A stretch of DNA of 36,228 bases from a virus (taxonomy: Duplodnaviria; Caudoviricetes): positions 1 to 36,228 of IMG/VR virus record IMGVR_UViG_3300006052_000019. One strand, 5' to 3'. Positions 24,717-35,300 of the stretch are shown here, one piece after another; position 1 is the stretch's first letter; the number at the start of each line of letters is the position of its first letter. The notes under the pieces are model-generated. The model ran no database searches. It had not been told where the DNA came from and was given only the letters and a program-made list of their open reading frames with translations. The position numbers and the translations under genes were made by a program.

Positions 24717-27616
24717 GGCGTCGGGTTCGAGTCAAGCACAAGATAAAGAGTATCGGTCAAGGGATCGTTGTACCGCGCTATGGCGTGGAACGCGAGCGAC
24801 ACCTTGCCGGAACCGGCAGCGTTGACGTCCAGATAGAAGCCCGCGTTGGTTCCTCCGGATATCGTGTAAAAACAGAAATACCGGTTATCGTTTATCACGG
24901 CCATCATTGATGCCGGATTCAGAGCGAGCCATTCATCTTTGGTGAACAGAGTCTCCGTGAGCAGTCTTTCGCTTCCTGGAGCAGCAATGGCGACCAATCC
25001 CTCGAACGTGGCGAATACAACACCGACACCCTTGAGATACTGGATCGACTGCTTGCTCGCGCAAGCGTATGCGTAGCTTGCCTTGGTCTGCGAGTACTGG
25101 TCTGGGGTCTGCCCTGAACACAAGTAGGGGAACTTTTTCGTGCAGACGACAACGGTGGAGTCGATCGCCTCGATCCCGACAATGTCCCAGTCAAACGTGA
25201 GCCGGTAGGCTATAGGCCAGGCATGCGGTACGCCCTGGGCAGACAGGCACAGCTGGTTGCCGGCGAACCCCGCATAGATCCCGTTAGGAAGGGCCAGGAT
25301 GCCCTGCATGTTCACTGGCGGTGGATACCATGCAGTTGAGGCTATCGCGGTCACCAAGGCCGCATCCGGGAGCGCGTCGACTATTCCTGAAGTGAATGTG
25401 CCTGGCACGGTAGCGCCGGATGTCCCAACCTGGGTGACGGTCCCGAAACCTATCCCTGTTGCAACGAGCAAGAAGGCGGTGCCTGTTGATCCAGTGACAG
25501 CGCGGTACACGTTCATGCTCGGACTCACGCCGCCAGTCACCTGGTTGACGTTAGGTATGGAGGCTCCACCACCCTGGAAGTACGTTGAGTCGACGCCGGT
25601 TGCAGAAAGGCTTGAAGGGAGCGGAACGCACACCGCCTGGTTGATGGGGCGCTGCAAAGTACCCGATCCGTCCGATGTGATCATTGCCGGACATGGGCCT
25701 GACTCAAGGCCCAGATCGTTGACCACGGTATAGACGTAGCTGGTGTACTCGAGGTTGGATGAGGATGATGCTGGGCCAGTGCCGGACAGTTGCAAGTTGT
25801 CGTACCAGACCTCAGCCCAATCTGGGAAGGATTGTCCTGCCACCTGCATGCAGCCCATACCAAAACCAGAACCAGCGTTTGGCATGGTTGCCTGAGACAG
25901 TGTGAACGCGGTGATCACCGTTGATCCATCCGATATGGTCATGGCAATCGTCGAGGTGCTCACTGGACTTGCAGGTGTGATAGTGAAAGAAGCCGTGTAC
26001 CAGTGGCCAGCCCGAAAAGCTCCAGTCCAGTTTGGATCGGTATCGGTCTGCCAGGTCGATATGGAAGCAGAAGCAATGCTCGTCTGATTGATGATGGAGG
26101 CCGGGGCTCCGTTGTTCACCGCCTGCCATATCACCTGCACACCGGTTGAGGTGTGGTGAAGGCGGATCATTGACCCACTCCCACCTGTGTCCAGGCTGAA
26201 ATAAAAATCGATGTACGAGTAAAGCAGGTAGTCGTTCGTGAGACGCTGAACGGCGAAATTCACGGACATGGTGATAGGAGCCGTGTTCAGTATCGCCTGA
26301 GTCTTCCAACCAAAACCAGTTACATTGCCAATGCTTCTTGTCTGAAGGCACGCTCCAGGGTTGCCGCCGGTGATCGATATGATGCCAAACGAATAGCCGG
26401 GAACACTTACGAGGTTCCAGTTGGATGCACCGTCAAATGTTTCGGTGATTGATACCGATCCAGATCCTACGACCGCTGGTACAAAAAACGGATTGGTCAC
26501 CGGCACGGTCGGGTTGGGGACTCCAAGCTTGCGCGAGTAGGTTGGGTAAGGGCCAGACGCAGCACCCAAGGTCGAAGACCCCGTCACAGGCTGATTGGTG
26601 GTGACGTAAGCAGGACCAGGATTGGCGATGGTCGGAGTACCCAGTGCTGAAGGCACGAAGTTGCCGGCAGCGTCAGGGAAGGATGTCGATCCATTTGCGC
26701 CATTGAACTGCATCAGAACGATCGTGTTCGAGTCCGTCGACATTGAGTTTGGCGGCAGAGGAACAAACGTCGTTGAGTACCTGGCAACATTTGAAATACG
26801 AAGGTCCTTGATGTTTCCGTTGACGTACCACGTCGGGCCACCGGTCGAGTCGTTGTTGACGAACAGAGCAAGCTGAGCGGTTGATGAAATACTTGAGGCG
26901 TAAGCGCCGGTGCCAACGGAGACGCCGTTGAAATAGATCGTGACGACGCCGCTCTTTCGGACAACTGCAAGGTGCGTCCATGTGTTTGAAGCTATCAAAG
27001 ACGCGCCACTGTTGATGGTCGTCGCGTTGTTGTTGAGTATTAAAGAACATCCACCAGTTGAAAAAACTATTTGCCATATACGTTGACTGCCACTGAGGTT
27101 CCACACGCCAGCCAATTGTTGCGTGGTTCCAATGGCCGTATAGACCCATGCCTCAACAGTGAAATCTCCTGTGCCAAGATTTGACACACCAGATGGCGCG
27201 GCACCAACAAGCCCAGAAGCGCCGTTCCCGTTGTATACCGGGAAAGTGATGGAGGCTCCTGGGCCGGTAAGACCTGAAGAAAGTCCTATGTCAGTGAACC
27301 GCGGCACGTCGGTTCCGGTGAATATAGTGCGGTAAGACTTGTCTCCGGCGATAGCCATTTTGGCTACGTCGACCTCTATGGCCGGTGACGTAAGCTGCGT
27401 TGCATTCCAGGTCAACCACACCTGGTCTGCCAAGTAATAGATGGTGACTGGGTTTGTGACTATGCCCTGGCTGGTGACTGTGGAAAAGTTTTTCCACGAC
27501 TCCAGGTTGCCGGATATCAGGCGCGCGTTGGCGCTGTTCTGCCCCATGTCGTTGGGCAGAAGGCGAGGAGCTATACGGGGAGCCTCGCCCTTGAATGTAC
27601 CGACATCGATGGCCAC
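24713..27616 (-). CDS. tail tubular B / stabilization (nozzle) protein, N-terminal part, with inserted lectin-like domains
   Basis: FKGEAPRIAPRLLP, YVYTVVND.G.ESGP, W.PPP.NMQGI..LPNGI.AGF, PHAWP..Y, C.SK.SI; LamG insert about 26570-27240 and a second beta insert about 25770-26460. Confidence 0.75.
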   Translation of the reverse strand: MAIDVGTFKGEAPRIAPRLLPNDMGQNSANARLISGNLESWKNFSTVTSQGIVTNPVTIYYLADQVWLTWNATQLTSPAIEVDVAKMAIAGDKSYRTIFTGTDVPRFTDIGLSSGLTGPGASITFPVYNGNGASGLVGAAPSGVSNLGTGDFTVEAWVYTAIGTTQQLAGVWNLSGSQRIWQIVFSTGGCSLILNNNATTINSGASLIASNTWTHLAVVRKSGVVTIYFNGVSVGTGAYASSISSTAQLALFVNNDSTGGPTWYVNGNIKDLRISNVARYSTTFVPLPPNSMSTDSNTIVLMQFNGANGSTSFPDAAGNFVPSALGTPTIANPGPAYVTTNQPVTGSSTLGAASGPYPTYSRKLGVPNPTVPVTNPFFVPAVVGSGSVSITETFDGASNWNLVSVPGYSFGIISITGGNPGACLQTRSIGNVTGFGWKTQAILNTAPITMSVNFAVQRLTNDYLLYSYIDFYFSLDTGGSGSMIRLHHTSTGVQVIWQAVNNGAPASIINQTSIASASISTWQTDTDPNWTGAFRAGHWYTASFTITPASPVSTSTIAMTISDGSTVITAFTLSQATMPNAGSGFGMGCMQVAGQSFPDWAEVWYDNLQLSGTGPASSSSNLEYTSYVYTVVNDLGLESGPCPAMITSDGSGTLQRPINQAVCVPLPSSLSATGVDSTYFQGGGASIPNVNQVTGGVSPSMNVYRAVTGSTGTAFLLVATGIGFGTVTQVGTSGATVPGTFTSGIVDALPDAALVTAIASTAWYPPPVNMQGILALPNGIYAGFAGNQLCLSAQGVPHAWPIAYRLTFDWDIVGIEAIDSTVVVCTKKFPYLCSGQTPDQYSQTKASYAYACASKQSIQYLKGVGVVFATFEGLVAIAAPGSERLLTETLFTKDEWLALNPASMMAVINDNRYFCFYTISGGTNAGFYLDVNAAGSGKVSLAFHAIARYNDPLTDTLYLVLDSNPTP

Positions 27617-27619
27617 GGA

Positions 27620-28357
27620 TTACCTCGCAAGGAAAGGACGCGGAGTTGCACGCACGCTCCCCTTCTGATAGCCGCGGTCCCTCCAAGAGCGCGCCATGCC
27701 AACCCCCTCTTGAAAGAGTTCGGCATTGCGAGCAGCTGCTACAGGATCAGACCACGGTTGGCTGTTCATCTCAAACAAGAACTGCAGTGCGCCGGCCTCG
27801 ATGTATGTGTTCCATCGAGACACCAGGTCGTTGGGGATCGTCGTTGCGTTGATGGACGTCTGAACGACGATCTCAACGTTCGTCAGGAACGCGTAGTTCG
27901 GCGTCGGGTAGAACTGGATCATGCCCTCCGGTATGTACGAATACCAGGTTGGGAGATCCGTTATCATGTTGGGGTCGTACATTGTGGCATCAGCCGGCCG
28001 CAAGTCTACCCAGGTTGCGTTCTGTTGCTGCACAGCCGCGGCGTTGATGCCGATAACCTCGAGCGATGCATCTCCAGAGAAGTTGTAGACCGGCTGATTT
28101 ATGGTGAGAGCGGCGTTGGTCACGTTGCGCTTAAGAAAGAAACTGCGCCGAGTAAACTCACGAGCCGCACGAGTGTAGGCCAGGTTGACGATCGGTATCG
28201 GACAGTCCTTGATTGTTGATGCAACGTCCAAAGCCAGTTGCGATATCAATGTCGTACCAGGCGTCAAGAAGCCCGCGGTCTGGGTGCCACCGTAAGTTGC
28301 CGCGTCGAGGGCAGGGTTTGCTGGCCCCGGCATCAATGAGAACGTGCCGCTGGACAT
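27620..28357 (-). CDS. head-tail adaptor / tail tubular A-like protein
   Basis: DCP...AAREF.RRS, FYPTP, IE.GAL..L......PWSDP; position in the head-tail module. Confidence 0.7.
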   Translation of the reverse strand: MSSGTFSLMPGPANPALDAATYGGTQTAGFLTPGTTLISQLALDVASTIKDCPIPIVNLAYTRAAREFTRRSFFLKRNVTNAALTINQPVYNFSGDASLEVIGINAAAVQQQNATWVDLRPADATMYDPNMITDLPTWYSYIPEGMIQFYPTPNYAFLTNVEIVVQTSINATTIPNDLVSRWNTYIEAGALQFLFEMNSQPWSDPVAAARNAELFQEGVGMARSWRDRGYQKGSVRATPRPFLAR

Positions 28358-29031
28358 CAGGCTTGCTCCTTCTCACTAAGGCGCGGAGTAGCCTCAGGTA
28401 TAGCGATCTTGGATGCCAGGATCATGCCCTCGAAAATCTGCCAGTGGAACTGGGCTTTCTGAGTATCCTGGCGCCGCGTCTGCGATGCCAAGGCCTTACT
28501 GATAAGTCCATGCACTATCGCCTGACGGTAGTTGTCAGGGATCGGTATGACCGTCGTCGATGTGTTCAGAGTCGCCACCCCAGCACCCGACATGAACGGT
28601 ACCCCACCTACCAGCATCTGCAGTGAACCGCTCCCGTTGTTCGGGGGGTAAACATGGAAGACCGTCGGAGACCGGTCGTCGAACATGACGTCGGTTACGT
28701 CAGTGGTCTGGGTGATGGTTCTCCAGTTCGGTATGCGCCTTTGTATCAGCGTCATGCCGGCCTTGTTCACAGCGTTCAGGCTGGCCGTGTTGTACAGCGG
28801 TTCCATGCACTGGACATAGGAACCGTATTGGCCGGTGGCGGCCGGAAGGTTTTGCACGGAGCCGGAAACCAGCGGGCAGGTTGCCACTACCGGGCTGATG
28901 TCACGCTTGAGGCTAACCGCAGCGGCAAGGACGTCGTTGAGCCATAGGAGCATGGAAGGATCCAACCACGTCGTTGGGGTTGGATCCAGGAGCTCCGCAC
29001 GCGCCGAACTGACGACCTCGCCTACTAGCAT
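28357..29031 (-). CDS. head-tail adaptor protein (DUF6682-like)
   Basis: AR..L.D....W....LL.WLND, G..Q.LP, P.W, FHVYPP, Y..AI; position. Confidence 0.7.
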   Translation of the reverse strand: MLVGEVVSSARAELLDPTPTTWLDPSMLLWLNDVLAAAVSLKRDISPVVATCPLVSGSVQNLPAATGQYGSYVQCMEPLYNTASLNAVNKAGMTLIQRRIPNWRTITQTTDVTDVMFDDRSPTVFHVYPPNNGSGSLQMLVGGVPFMSGAGVATLNTSTTVIPIPDNYRQAIVHGLISKALASQTRRQDTQKAQFHWQIFEGMILASKIAIPEATPRLSEKEQA

Positions 29032-29038
29032 GGTTCAC

Positions 29039-29452
29039 CTATGCTGATGCGCCGATGCCAGGCGATTCCTGGGCGGCTGGTACTTTCAGTAGCATGCGGG
29101 CCTCAATGATCTTGCCGCGCATGTCTGCTTCCGTAAGCTTCCCCTTCGTCAGGTTAAGCCCGTACTCGTCCATGGCGTATTCGATAAGTTGACCGCGGTC
29201 CATCTTTTCAATGTCCGCTTCGCCCTTCTCGAGCTCTTCCCTGAACGCCAGGTCTTTCGTGCGAGGACGGTCTCCACGAATGTACGCCATGCGCTCCTCA
29301 AGGGAGGCGTCAAGGTCGCCATTGTATGGACGCAACCTGCCCATGCTGAGTTGGATCCCGTTCTGGTTTGCCATGCAAATATAGCCGTCGTCTCTGATGC
29401 AGACGATAGTCTTGTCCGGCTTGTACTCGCTTCGTTCCTTTAGATCTGCCAT
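29039..29452 (-). CDS. hypothetical protein with possible helix-extension-helix C-terminus
   Basis: GGGAG SD; IEKMDRGQLIEYA...GL.L......DMR.KI. Confidence 0.65.
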   Translation of the reverse strand: MADLKERSEYKPDKTIVCIRDDGYICMANQNGIQLSMGRLRPYNGDLDASLEERMAYIRGDRPRTKDLAFREELEKGEADIEKMDRGQLIEYAMDEYGLNLTKGKLTEADMRGKIIEARMLLKVPAAQESPGIGASA

Positions 29453-29473
29453 CGGTGTTCTCCCATGAAGAGG

Positions 29474-29499
29474 GCCTGGGGGACACCGCGCCCCCCAGG
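29474..29499. other. GC-rich intergenic hairpin
   Basis: CCTGGGGG...CCCCCAGG stem with no strong U-tract. Confidence 0.4.
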
Positions 29500-29517
29500 A
29501 TCTTTACTGCGCGGCGA

Positions 29518-29865
29518 TCAGTTGCCGGTAATCGTATGGCCAGGGGCACCAGAAGTGGAGCGGTGCTTGATGGTTCCAGTACGGCCCGTTCCTGCAGCCT
29601 TGTGGCCCTTGTCTCCCTTGATGCCGACCTTGCCGCCCATCACGGATCCCTTGTCCTCTTCGTTGGCGGGATCAACCATTTCCCCGTCCTCGTAATGGTG
29701 CTCAGGTCCGAGCGGCTTGTGCTTGAAGTTCATCTTGGCCTTTCCGCTCGCACCACGAATCTCGTTCTCGATCGTGTTGGGAGGAAGCTTGACCATGCCG
29801 GTCATACCGGGCGTTTGCAGTTCCGCCGGAACGCCTGCACCCATTCCCTTCTTTACGTTGGACAT
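29518..29865 (-). CDS. Gly/Lys-rich hypothetical protein
   Basis: TAAGGAG SD; follows the capsid gene. Confidence 0.7.
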   Translation of the reverse strand: MSNVKKGMGAGVPAELQTPGMTGMVKLPPNTIENEIRGASGKAKMNFKHKPLGPEHHYEDGEMVDPANEEDKGSVMGGKVGIKGDKGHKAAGTGRTGTIKHRSTSGAPGHTITGN

Positions 29866-29898
29866 CTTGATCTCCTTAGTTGTCCATTGAAAGCCTTT

Positions 29899-29920
29899 AC
29901 CCCGGCGTCGCCGCCGGGGG
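29899..29920. other. hairpin after the capsid stop
   Basis: CCCCGGCG-TCGC-CGCCGGGG stem with no U-tract; may stabilise mRNA. Confidence 0.4.
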
Positions 29921-29926
29921 ATCAGC

Positions 29927-30880
29927 TTACGGGTGGCAGTACGACGTGCCGATGTACGTCGCGCCGATGACCTGAAAACCGAAAACCATAAGACCGCGGA
30001 TCAGGTATCCGAAGTCGCTCGGGTTGTCAATCATCTGTGCTTCGACGATCTGGGCTGCGAACGCCAGGCCGGCAGAGTGACCGAACATCACTGACCAGCT
30101 GGTGGTGCCGCTGGTGTTCTTCGCCACGTTGCGCGACTGGTAGATGTTGAAACGATCAACAACGCCAACCTTGCCGTTGCGCAGCACGGACACACCATCA
30201 CCGGCCAGCGAAGCGATGCGAAGATCGGAACGCTTTATCAGGTTGATGTACCAGGGCGGCGCCACGAGCCAGCGGCCTTCATCGGACACGTTGTTCTCGT
30301 CCAGGGCCTGGCCCATAAACGTGATGTGATCGATGACGGTTTCGGTCGTGGTCGAAGTGGTGCCGGTCGGAATGATCGTCAGCGGCGACGCAAGCGTTCC
30401 GAGGTACAGGGTGCCAGAGTCCTGGCCCGCAGTGTTACCGGTGTTGCTGGTATCCACCTGGGTGGGGATCGTGACAAGCATGTCCGCGTCAGCTGCGATC
30501 TTTAGCTGGATCGAACCGTCGTTGGCAAACACGTCCGACAGATCAACGTCGGACTGGCGCACGTCAACGATGTTCAGGCCGACGTTGAAACTGTAGGCCT
30601 GGTTGATGTTGAGCGTGACGCTGTTGCGAGCGGGGAACTGCGGGGTGAGGCCGTTACCAATGACGTACGTCGACACGGTGATGTCGGGCACGGTACGAAT
30701 GACGACTTGGGCACCATAGCCGGAGATATCGCCCTCGTAATCCGTGGTGGCGATTTCACCGAATACGGTGGTCTTGTAAAACTTTTCAACCAGCTTGCCG
30801 CTGTAAACGACGGGGTTGAAATTGACTGTGCCGGTGGGATCGTATTGCGGATACCCACCAGTGCGCGCTGGACCGCCCAT
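29927..30880 (-). CDS. major capsid protein
   Basis: F.P.VYSGKL...FY, TDYEG.I...G..V.IR..P, LDENNV...GRW...PPW, NG.VG..DRF.IY.S, FG...RGL.VFG; AGGAG SD. Confidence 0.88.
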   Translation of the reverse strand: MGGPARTGGYPQYDPTGTVNFNPVVYSGKLVEKFYKTTVFGEIATTDYEGDISGYGAQVVIRTVPDITVSTYVIGNGLTPQFPARNSVTLNINQAYSFNVGLNIVDVRQSDVDLSDVFANDGSIQLKIAADADMLVTIPTQVDTSNTGNTAGQDSGTLYLGTLASPLTIIPTGTTSTTTETVIDHITFMGQALDENNVSDEGRWLVAPPWYINLIKRSDLRIASLAGDGVSVLRNGKVGVVDRFNIYQSRNVAKNTSGTTSWSVMFGHSAGLAFAAQIVEAQMIDNPSDFGYLIRGLMVFGFQVIGATYIGTSYCHP

Positions 30881-30928
30881 GTGTTTCTCCTATAGGGTTT
30901 GTTCAGTGCGCAGACACAGCGCGGCGCT

Positions 30929-31915
30929 CTAAGAACGACCTTGCTGCTGCATCTGCGCGGCAACCTGTTTGTCGAACCGTAGAGCCTCTTCCCTGGTCAT
31001 CTTGCCAAGCGACTTCCTCTTGTACCCGTCCTTGATTTCCTTTTCCGTGAGGGCCCGACCTTCCACGAAGGATGGGTTCTCCGGAACCGGCTCGTCAGGG
31101 CTTCCCCCAAGAATCGCTGCTGGCGTTTCTGGGAGCGGCTGAACCGGCGCCGGCGAAAGGGATGAGACGAACTCGTTGAGCAATTTCACGATGCCGGACG
31201 CGTTGCGATCCTGGCGGTGAATGTTGACCAGACGCTGCCTGATCATGCCTGAGTTTTCGTCTTTACCAGAAAGCCACTTGAGCCAGCGCACGTCCTTGTC
31301 GGTGACCTGCCACGTTGGGAAACCCTCGGTGAGGTCTTCGATGAACTTGGCTTGCAACTGTTCCTCGGTGTTCTGCTCATCGGCGTTTTTCTTATCAAGC
31401 AGCGGCTTTACCGCCGCGTCGATTCGTTGACGCACGATGGATTCAGTAGACGACATGGCCGCCCGAAGGATGGCCGCGGCGCGCTCTTCACCGATAGAGT
31501 CGATCTCTTCTTCGTTGAAGTGCTGGCGCAGATCAATTGCAGGTTGCGCTGATGCTTGTTGCTTGCTGGATAGCTCATCCACTTTTGCGGAAAGAGACTG
31601 CACCTGGGCCTCAAGCTTGGTGATCTTGTCGCGACTGCGTGCGTTCTCGTCTCTACGAAAGCCTTCTACGGCTTGCGAGCGAGCGTACCAATAGTCGCGA
31701 GATTGATCCCGTTCTTTGTCGGGGGCCTTGAGCAGTTCTTCTGCGGTGAAGAAAACAGGAGCAGGTGCTGATGGCGCATTGGCCGGTTCAGCAGATTGGG
31801 TTGCTTCGGGAATTGGATCTTGCCCTTCTCCCAACAAGGCTCGCGCGCGTGCTGCCTGCGCTACTACCTGTCGCGGGATACGGGGACCTTTGTCAACATT
31901 CGGGTTTGCGTTCAC
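30929..31915 (-). CDS. capsid scaffolding protein
   Basis: Coiled coil; P.W.......W..WL...D..SG..R; ends QQGR; directly upstream of the capsid gene. Confidence 0.75.
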   Translation of the reverse strand: MNANPNVDKGPRIPRQVVAQAARARALLGEGQDPIPEATQSAEPANAPSAPAPVFFTAEELLKAPDKERDQSRDYWYARSQAVEGFRRDENARSRDKITKLEAQVQSLSAKVDELSSKQQASAQPAIDLRQHFNEEEIDSIGEERAAAILRAAMSSTESIVRQRIDAAVKPLLDKKNADEQNTEEQLQAKFIEDLTEGFPTWQVTDKDVRWLKWLSGKDENSGMIRQRLVNIHRQDRNASGIVKLLNEFVSSLSPAPVQPLPETPAAILGGSPDEPVPENPSFVEGRALTEKEIKDGYKRKSLGKMTREEALRFDKQVAAQMQQQGRS

Positions 31916-31936
31916 GGGGTTCCTTGATAGCCGATC

Positions 31937-32257
31937 CTAGGGTCTGTAGGTTGTCGTCCGAATCGTGGATTGCTGTGATTGTCCGGCCACAGCGTTAACC
32001 GGTGGGTGGGGGCGACGCGCCTGGCCCACCTCCAACCTCTCGAGTTCTTCCTTCACCGTAACCATCTTCTTCCCAAAGGCGACCAACCATTGGGCAGCGC
32101 CTTGGCTGCGGTATAGGGCAGGAGCTTCTTTGGTCCTGCACTCGTCGTCAAGCGAAGCAAGTTCCTTGCTGAAAATTGCGTCCAGCATTCTGTAGTCCGG
32201 GCTCGCGGAAAACCGCGAGAGGAACTGCATTTCAGCTTTCGTCAATTGACTCTGCAA
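31937..32257 (-). CDS. small head-module protein of the kind usually found between portal and scaffold
   Basis: LYRSQG.AQ.L motif; GGAGG SD with TTG start. Confidence 0.65.
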   Translation of the reverse strand: MQSQLTKAEMQFLSRFSASPDYRMLDAIFSKELASLDDECRTKEAPALYRSQGAAQWLVAFGKKMVTVKEELERLEVGQARRPHPPVNAVAGQSQQSTIRTTTYRP

Positions 32258-32278
32258 ATGAACCTCCCAATGGGCGCA

Positions 32279-32307
32279 ATCGTACAGTCAGAACAAGGAC
32301 ATAGCAA
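32279..32307 (-). promoter_or_regulatory. sigma70-like promoter for the head operon
   Basis: TTGCTA-N17-TACGAT in the 52-bp gap, upstream of GGAGG. Confidence 0.6.
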
Positions 32308-32309
32308 GG

Positions 32310-35300
32310 CTACTCATCGTCGTCGTCCTCGTTTTGGAAGTACAAATTCATCGCCGCCTGGACGGCGATCAAGTTGTTGCGCGCGCGCCGTAGCTCCTCC
32401 TCGGCCAGCCGGGCTTCCTCGACCCGCTGCGCGATCTGGCGCGTCGTCTCGTTCTCTGCCGCGCGCGCCGCGGCGGCGTGCTGCGCCGCAATACGGCGGG
32501 CCTCGTCCAGATCGGCTTCCGTCGCCCGCTCGACCTCGGCCATGCGCTCCGTAATGCGAGCGATTTCCGCTTCCAGCTTGGCGATCCGGGCAAGGTGCTT
32601 CTCCTCGCGGCGCTCGAGGCGAGCCTTTTCGGGGTCTTCCGGCGGTGTAGGCGCTGGCTTTTTGTCAACCTTGGCCGGCGCGATTGGCAACTTTTCCGGC
32701 TCGATTGTCAACGGAGCCGGCTTTTTCTCCTCTGGCGCGGGCGCGCGCGGCGGCGGAACCTCGAGCGGCCCAATCCCGGCGCTGCCCAGGATCTTGAGCA
32801 GCAGCCCGGACGGCTTCGCGGCTGGCTTGGGCGCCCTCTTGGCCTTCGGAGCGGGCTTGGGCGGCTCCTCCGGCTTGGGCTCCTCGGCACCCCACTTGAC
32901 GCCCAACTTCTCGCGCAGGCGCCCCATGGTCTTGGGGTCGAACCCGGCCGGCGGCGCCACGGGGATGACATTGTTGTTCTGGACGATATTGGCGTCATCA
33001 AATCCATGCCACCAGTTTTCGTCCTCGACCTCCTCGTAGCCCCAGTCCCAGGCATCCTCGGGAAACTGCGCGGTGTTGGGCGGCGGTTGCAGGACGGTGA
33101 AATCGTCGTAGCCGTACCACCAGCCCTCGTCCTCAAGCTCCTCGTAGGCCCAATCCCAGGCATCTTCCGGACCAAGGGCGGCGATCGGGACGAACTGGAC
33201 CGTCGTGGCGTCGTCGATCGCCTGCCACGTCAGGTCTTCCTCTGGCTCCTCGTAGCCCCAATCCCAGGCATCCTCGGGGATGGCCGGCGGGAAGAACGGC
33301 TGCTCGACCGCGTAATCGTCCAGGCCGGTCCACCAAGCCTCGTCCTCGGCCGCATCCTCCGGTGCCCAGTCCCAGGCGTCCTCGATGACGTAGGGCAGCG
33401 TGGTGCCGTTCTGGACGGTGGTGCCGTCGTCCCAGGCCAGCCAGGGCGCGTCATCGTCGCTGTCGTCCGGCGCCCAGTCCCAGGCATCTTCGGGCGACTG
33501 CGGCGGGAAGAAGGGCTGCTCTACGTCATAGTCATCGAGGCCGGCCCACCATTCGTCATCGGGCTCTGGATCAACCTCCCACCCCCAGGCATCCTCTGGC
33601 GACTGCGGCGCCACAAACGGCGGCTGCAACGTGGCCGAGTCGTCCAGGCCGGTCCACCACGCCTCGTCCTCAAGCTCCTCGTCCCACGGGTAGACGTCCT
33701 CGATGACGTACGGCAGGGTCGTGCCGGCATTGATGCCCTGCTCGTACTCGATCCACGTCCACCAAAGCTCGTCCTCAACCTCCTCATAGGCCCAGTCCCA
33801 AGCGTCTTCTGGCCCGATGGCGATGAAGACCGGCGGCTCGATCGTGGCGCTGTCGTCGACCGCCCACGTCCACTCGTCCTCGATTTCCTCGTAGGCCCAA
33901 TCCCAGGCATCCTCTGCCGGTTGCGGATAGACCGCCTCCTCAGAGAAATCGTCAAGGTGAGCCCACCACGACTCATCGGGCTCCTCCTCGTCCCACGGGA
34001 ACACGTCCTCCGGTAGTTGATTGACGATTGCAAATCCGGCGAGCGTGGCCGAGTCGTCATAGCCGCGCCACCATAGCTCGTCTTCGACTTCCTCATAGCT
34101 CCAGTCCCATTCGTCAGGAACAGTAATGGGGGTTCCAGGGACGATCTTGAACGCGGCAATAGCCGCCTCGGCAACAGTTGCCGCCCCCGTCCAACTCCAC
34201 GTTGCAGAAGGCGTACCCGTACCGGACGTGATCTGGTAGGACGCCTCCATCACCAGATACGTCGTGCCATCCGGCTGACCAAAGAGGCTAGTGAATCCCG
34301 CAGGGGGATCAGTTAGCGCAACCGGAGAAACATCAGCGTTCTCGATGACCGCCAGCACCAACTCCACCGGGTACGTCGTGGGATTGGAAGTCGAGGCCGT
34401 CAGCGTGGTGCCGAGGACTATGGGTGTTATAACCGTATAGCCATAGACATCCAGCGGCTCTACCTGAGCAATGCCGCTCCACTCCGTCACCACCAGTGTC
34501 AGGTATCCACCAGCCGTATCCACAGCCGGAAGCGATGCGGTGATCGTGTGCGTACCAGCAGTGGCATTGGCGACATACCAGATGCCAGAGCCATTTCCAT
34601 TCGTCGCCGGATCAGCGACGCCAGCCCATACAAGCGCAACCTGATTGGCATTGCTATCGGTTACTGTCGGAGTGACAAATGCGACCGGGGAGAACGATGC
34701 AACCTGAATGGCAAGGAAATTGCCTTGACTGACATTGTTCAGCGTTGCGGTTGCCGTGCTGTTTGTAGCTACCTGAGTAACTACCGTCTGCACCAGTTCG
34801 ATGTTCGGACGGAACCTCGTCGCGTACTCAAAGCTATCTTCTTCTGGTTCTTCGTAGCTCCAATCCCAGGCATCTTCCGGCGGGTTGGGATAGACGGCTT
34901 CCTCTGAGAAGTCGTCGAGCCAGTGCCACCAGTCATCCCATGCGTCGTCGTCGATCCATTCGGTTTCCTGCGGCTGCTGCGAAGGAACCGTAGCGTGGAC
35001 CAAAGGCTCGAACAGATCCCACTCTGCCTCGAGCCAGTCAATCTCGTTCTGGTTGTCGCTGTCCCAGTCCCATTCGTCGGGCTTGAGCGGGCACGGAGAA
35101 TTGAGCTTCCATGTCGTGAGGAGCGCCTGCGCCGCATCGGTGCCGATCTGCGTCCACGAAAACGTCGCGCTTGGCGTGGAGAAGGCGTTGACGTTCGGGA
35201 CGAAGCAGTAAACGATCCCGTCGTAGTTGTTGGTGTTGGTGTCAAGAAACTGCGGCGCCCATCCTGCGGGCGTGCGCAGGCCAGAGTCGGGCGCAGTGCC

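Noticed and set aside
32334-32348. NLYFQ, resembling a TEV protease site
   Set aside because: Lacks the P6 Glu and P1' Gly/Ser; no vector sequence; coincidence.
32478-34016. 512-aa plus-strand ORF opposite the repeat protein
   Set aside because: Antisense shadow of a GC3-biased repetitive gene; R/V/L/P-rich with no start signals noticed.
32980-34120. Regularly spaced DNA repeats as a CRISPR array or DGR template
   Set aside because: Repeats are degenerate, codon-phased and in an open frame; no cas or reverse transcriptase gene in the window.
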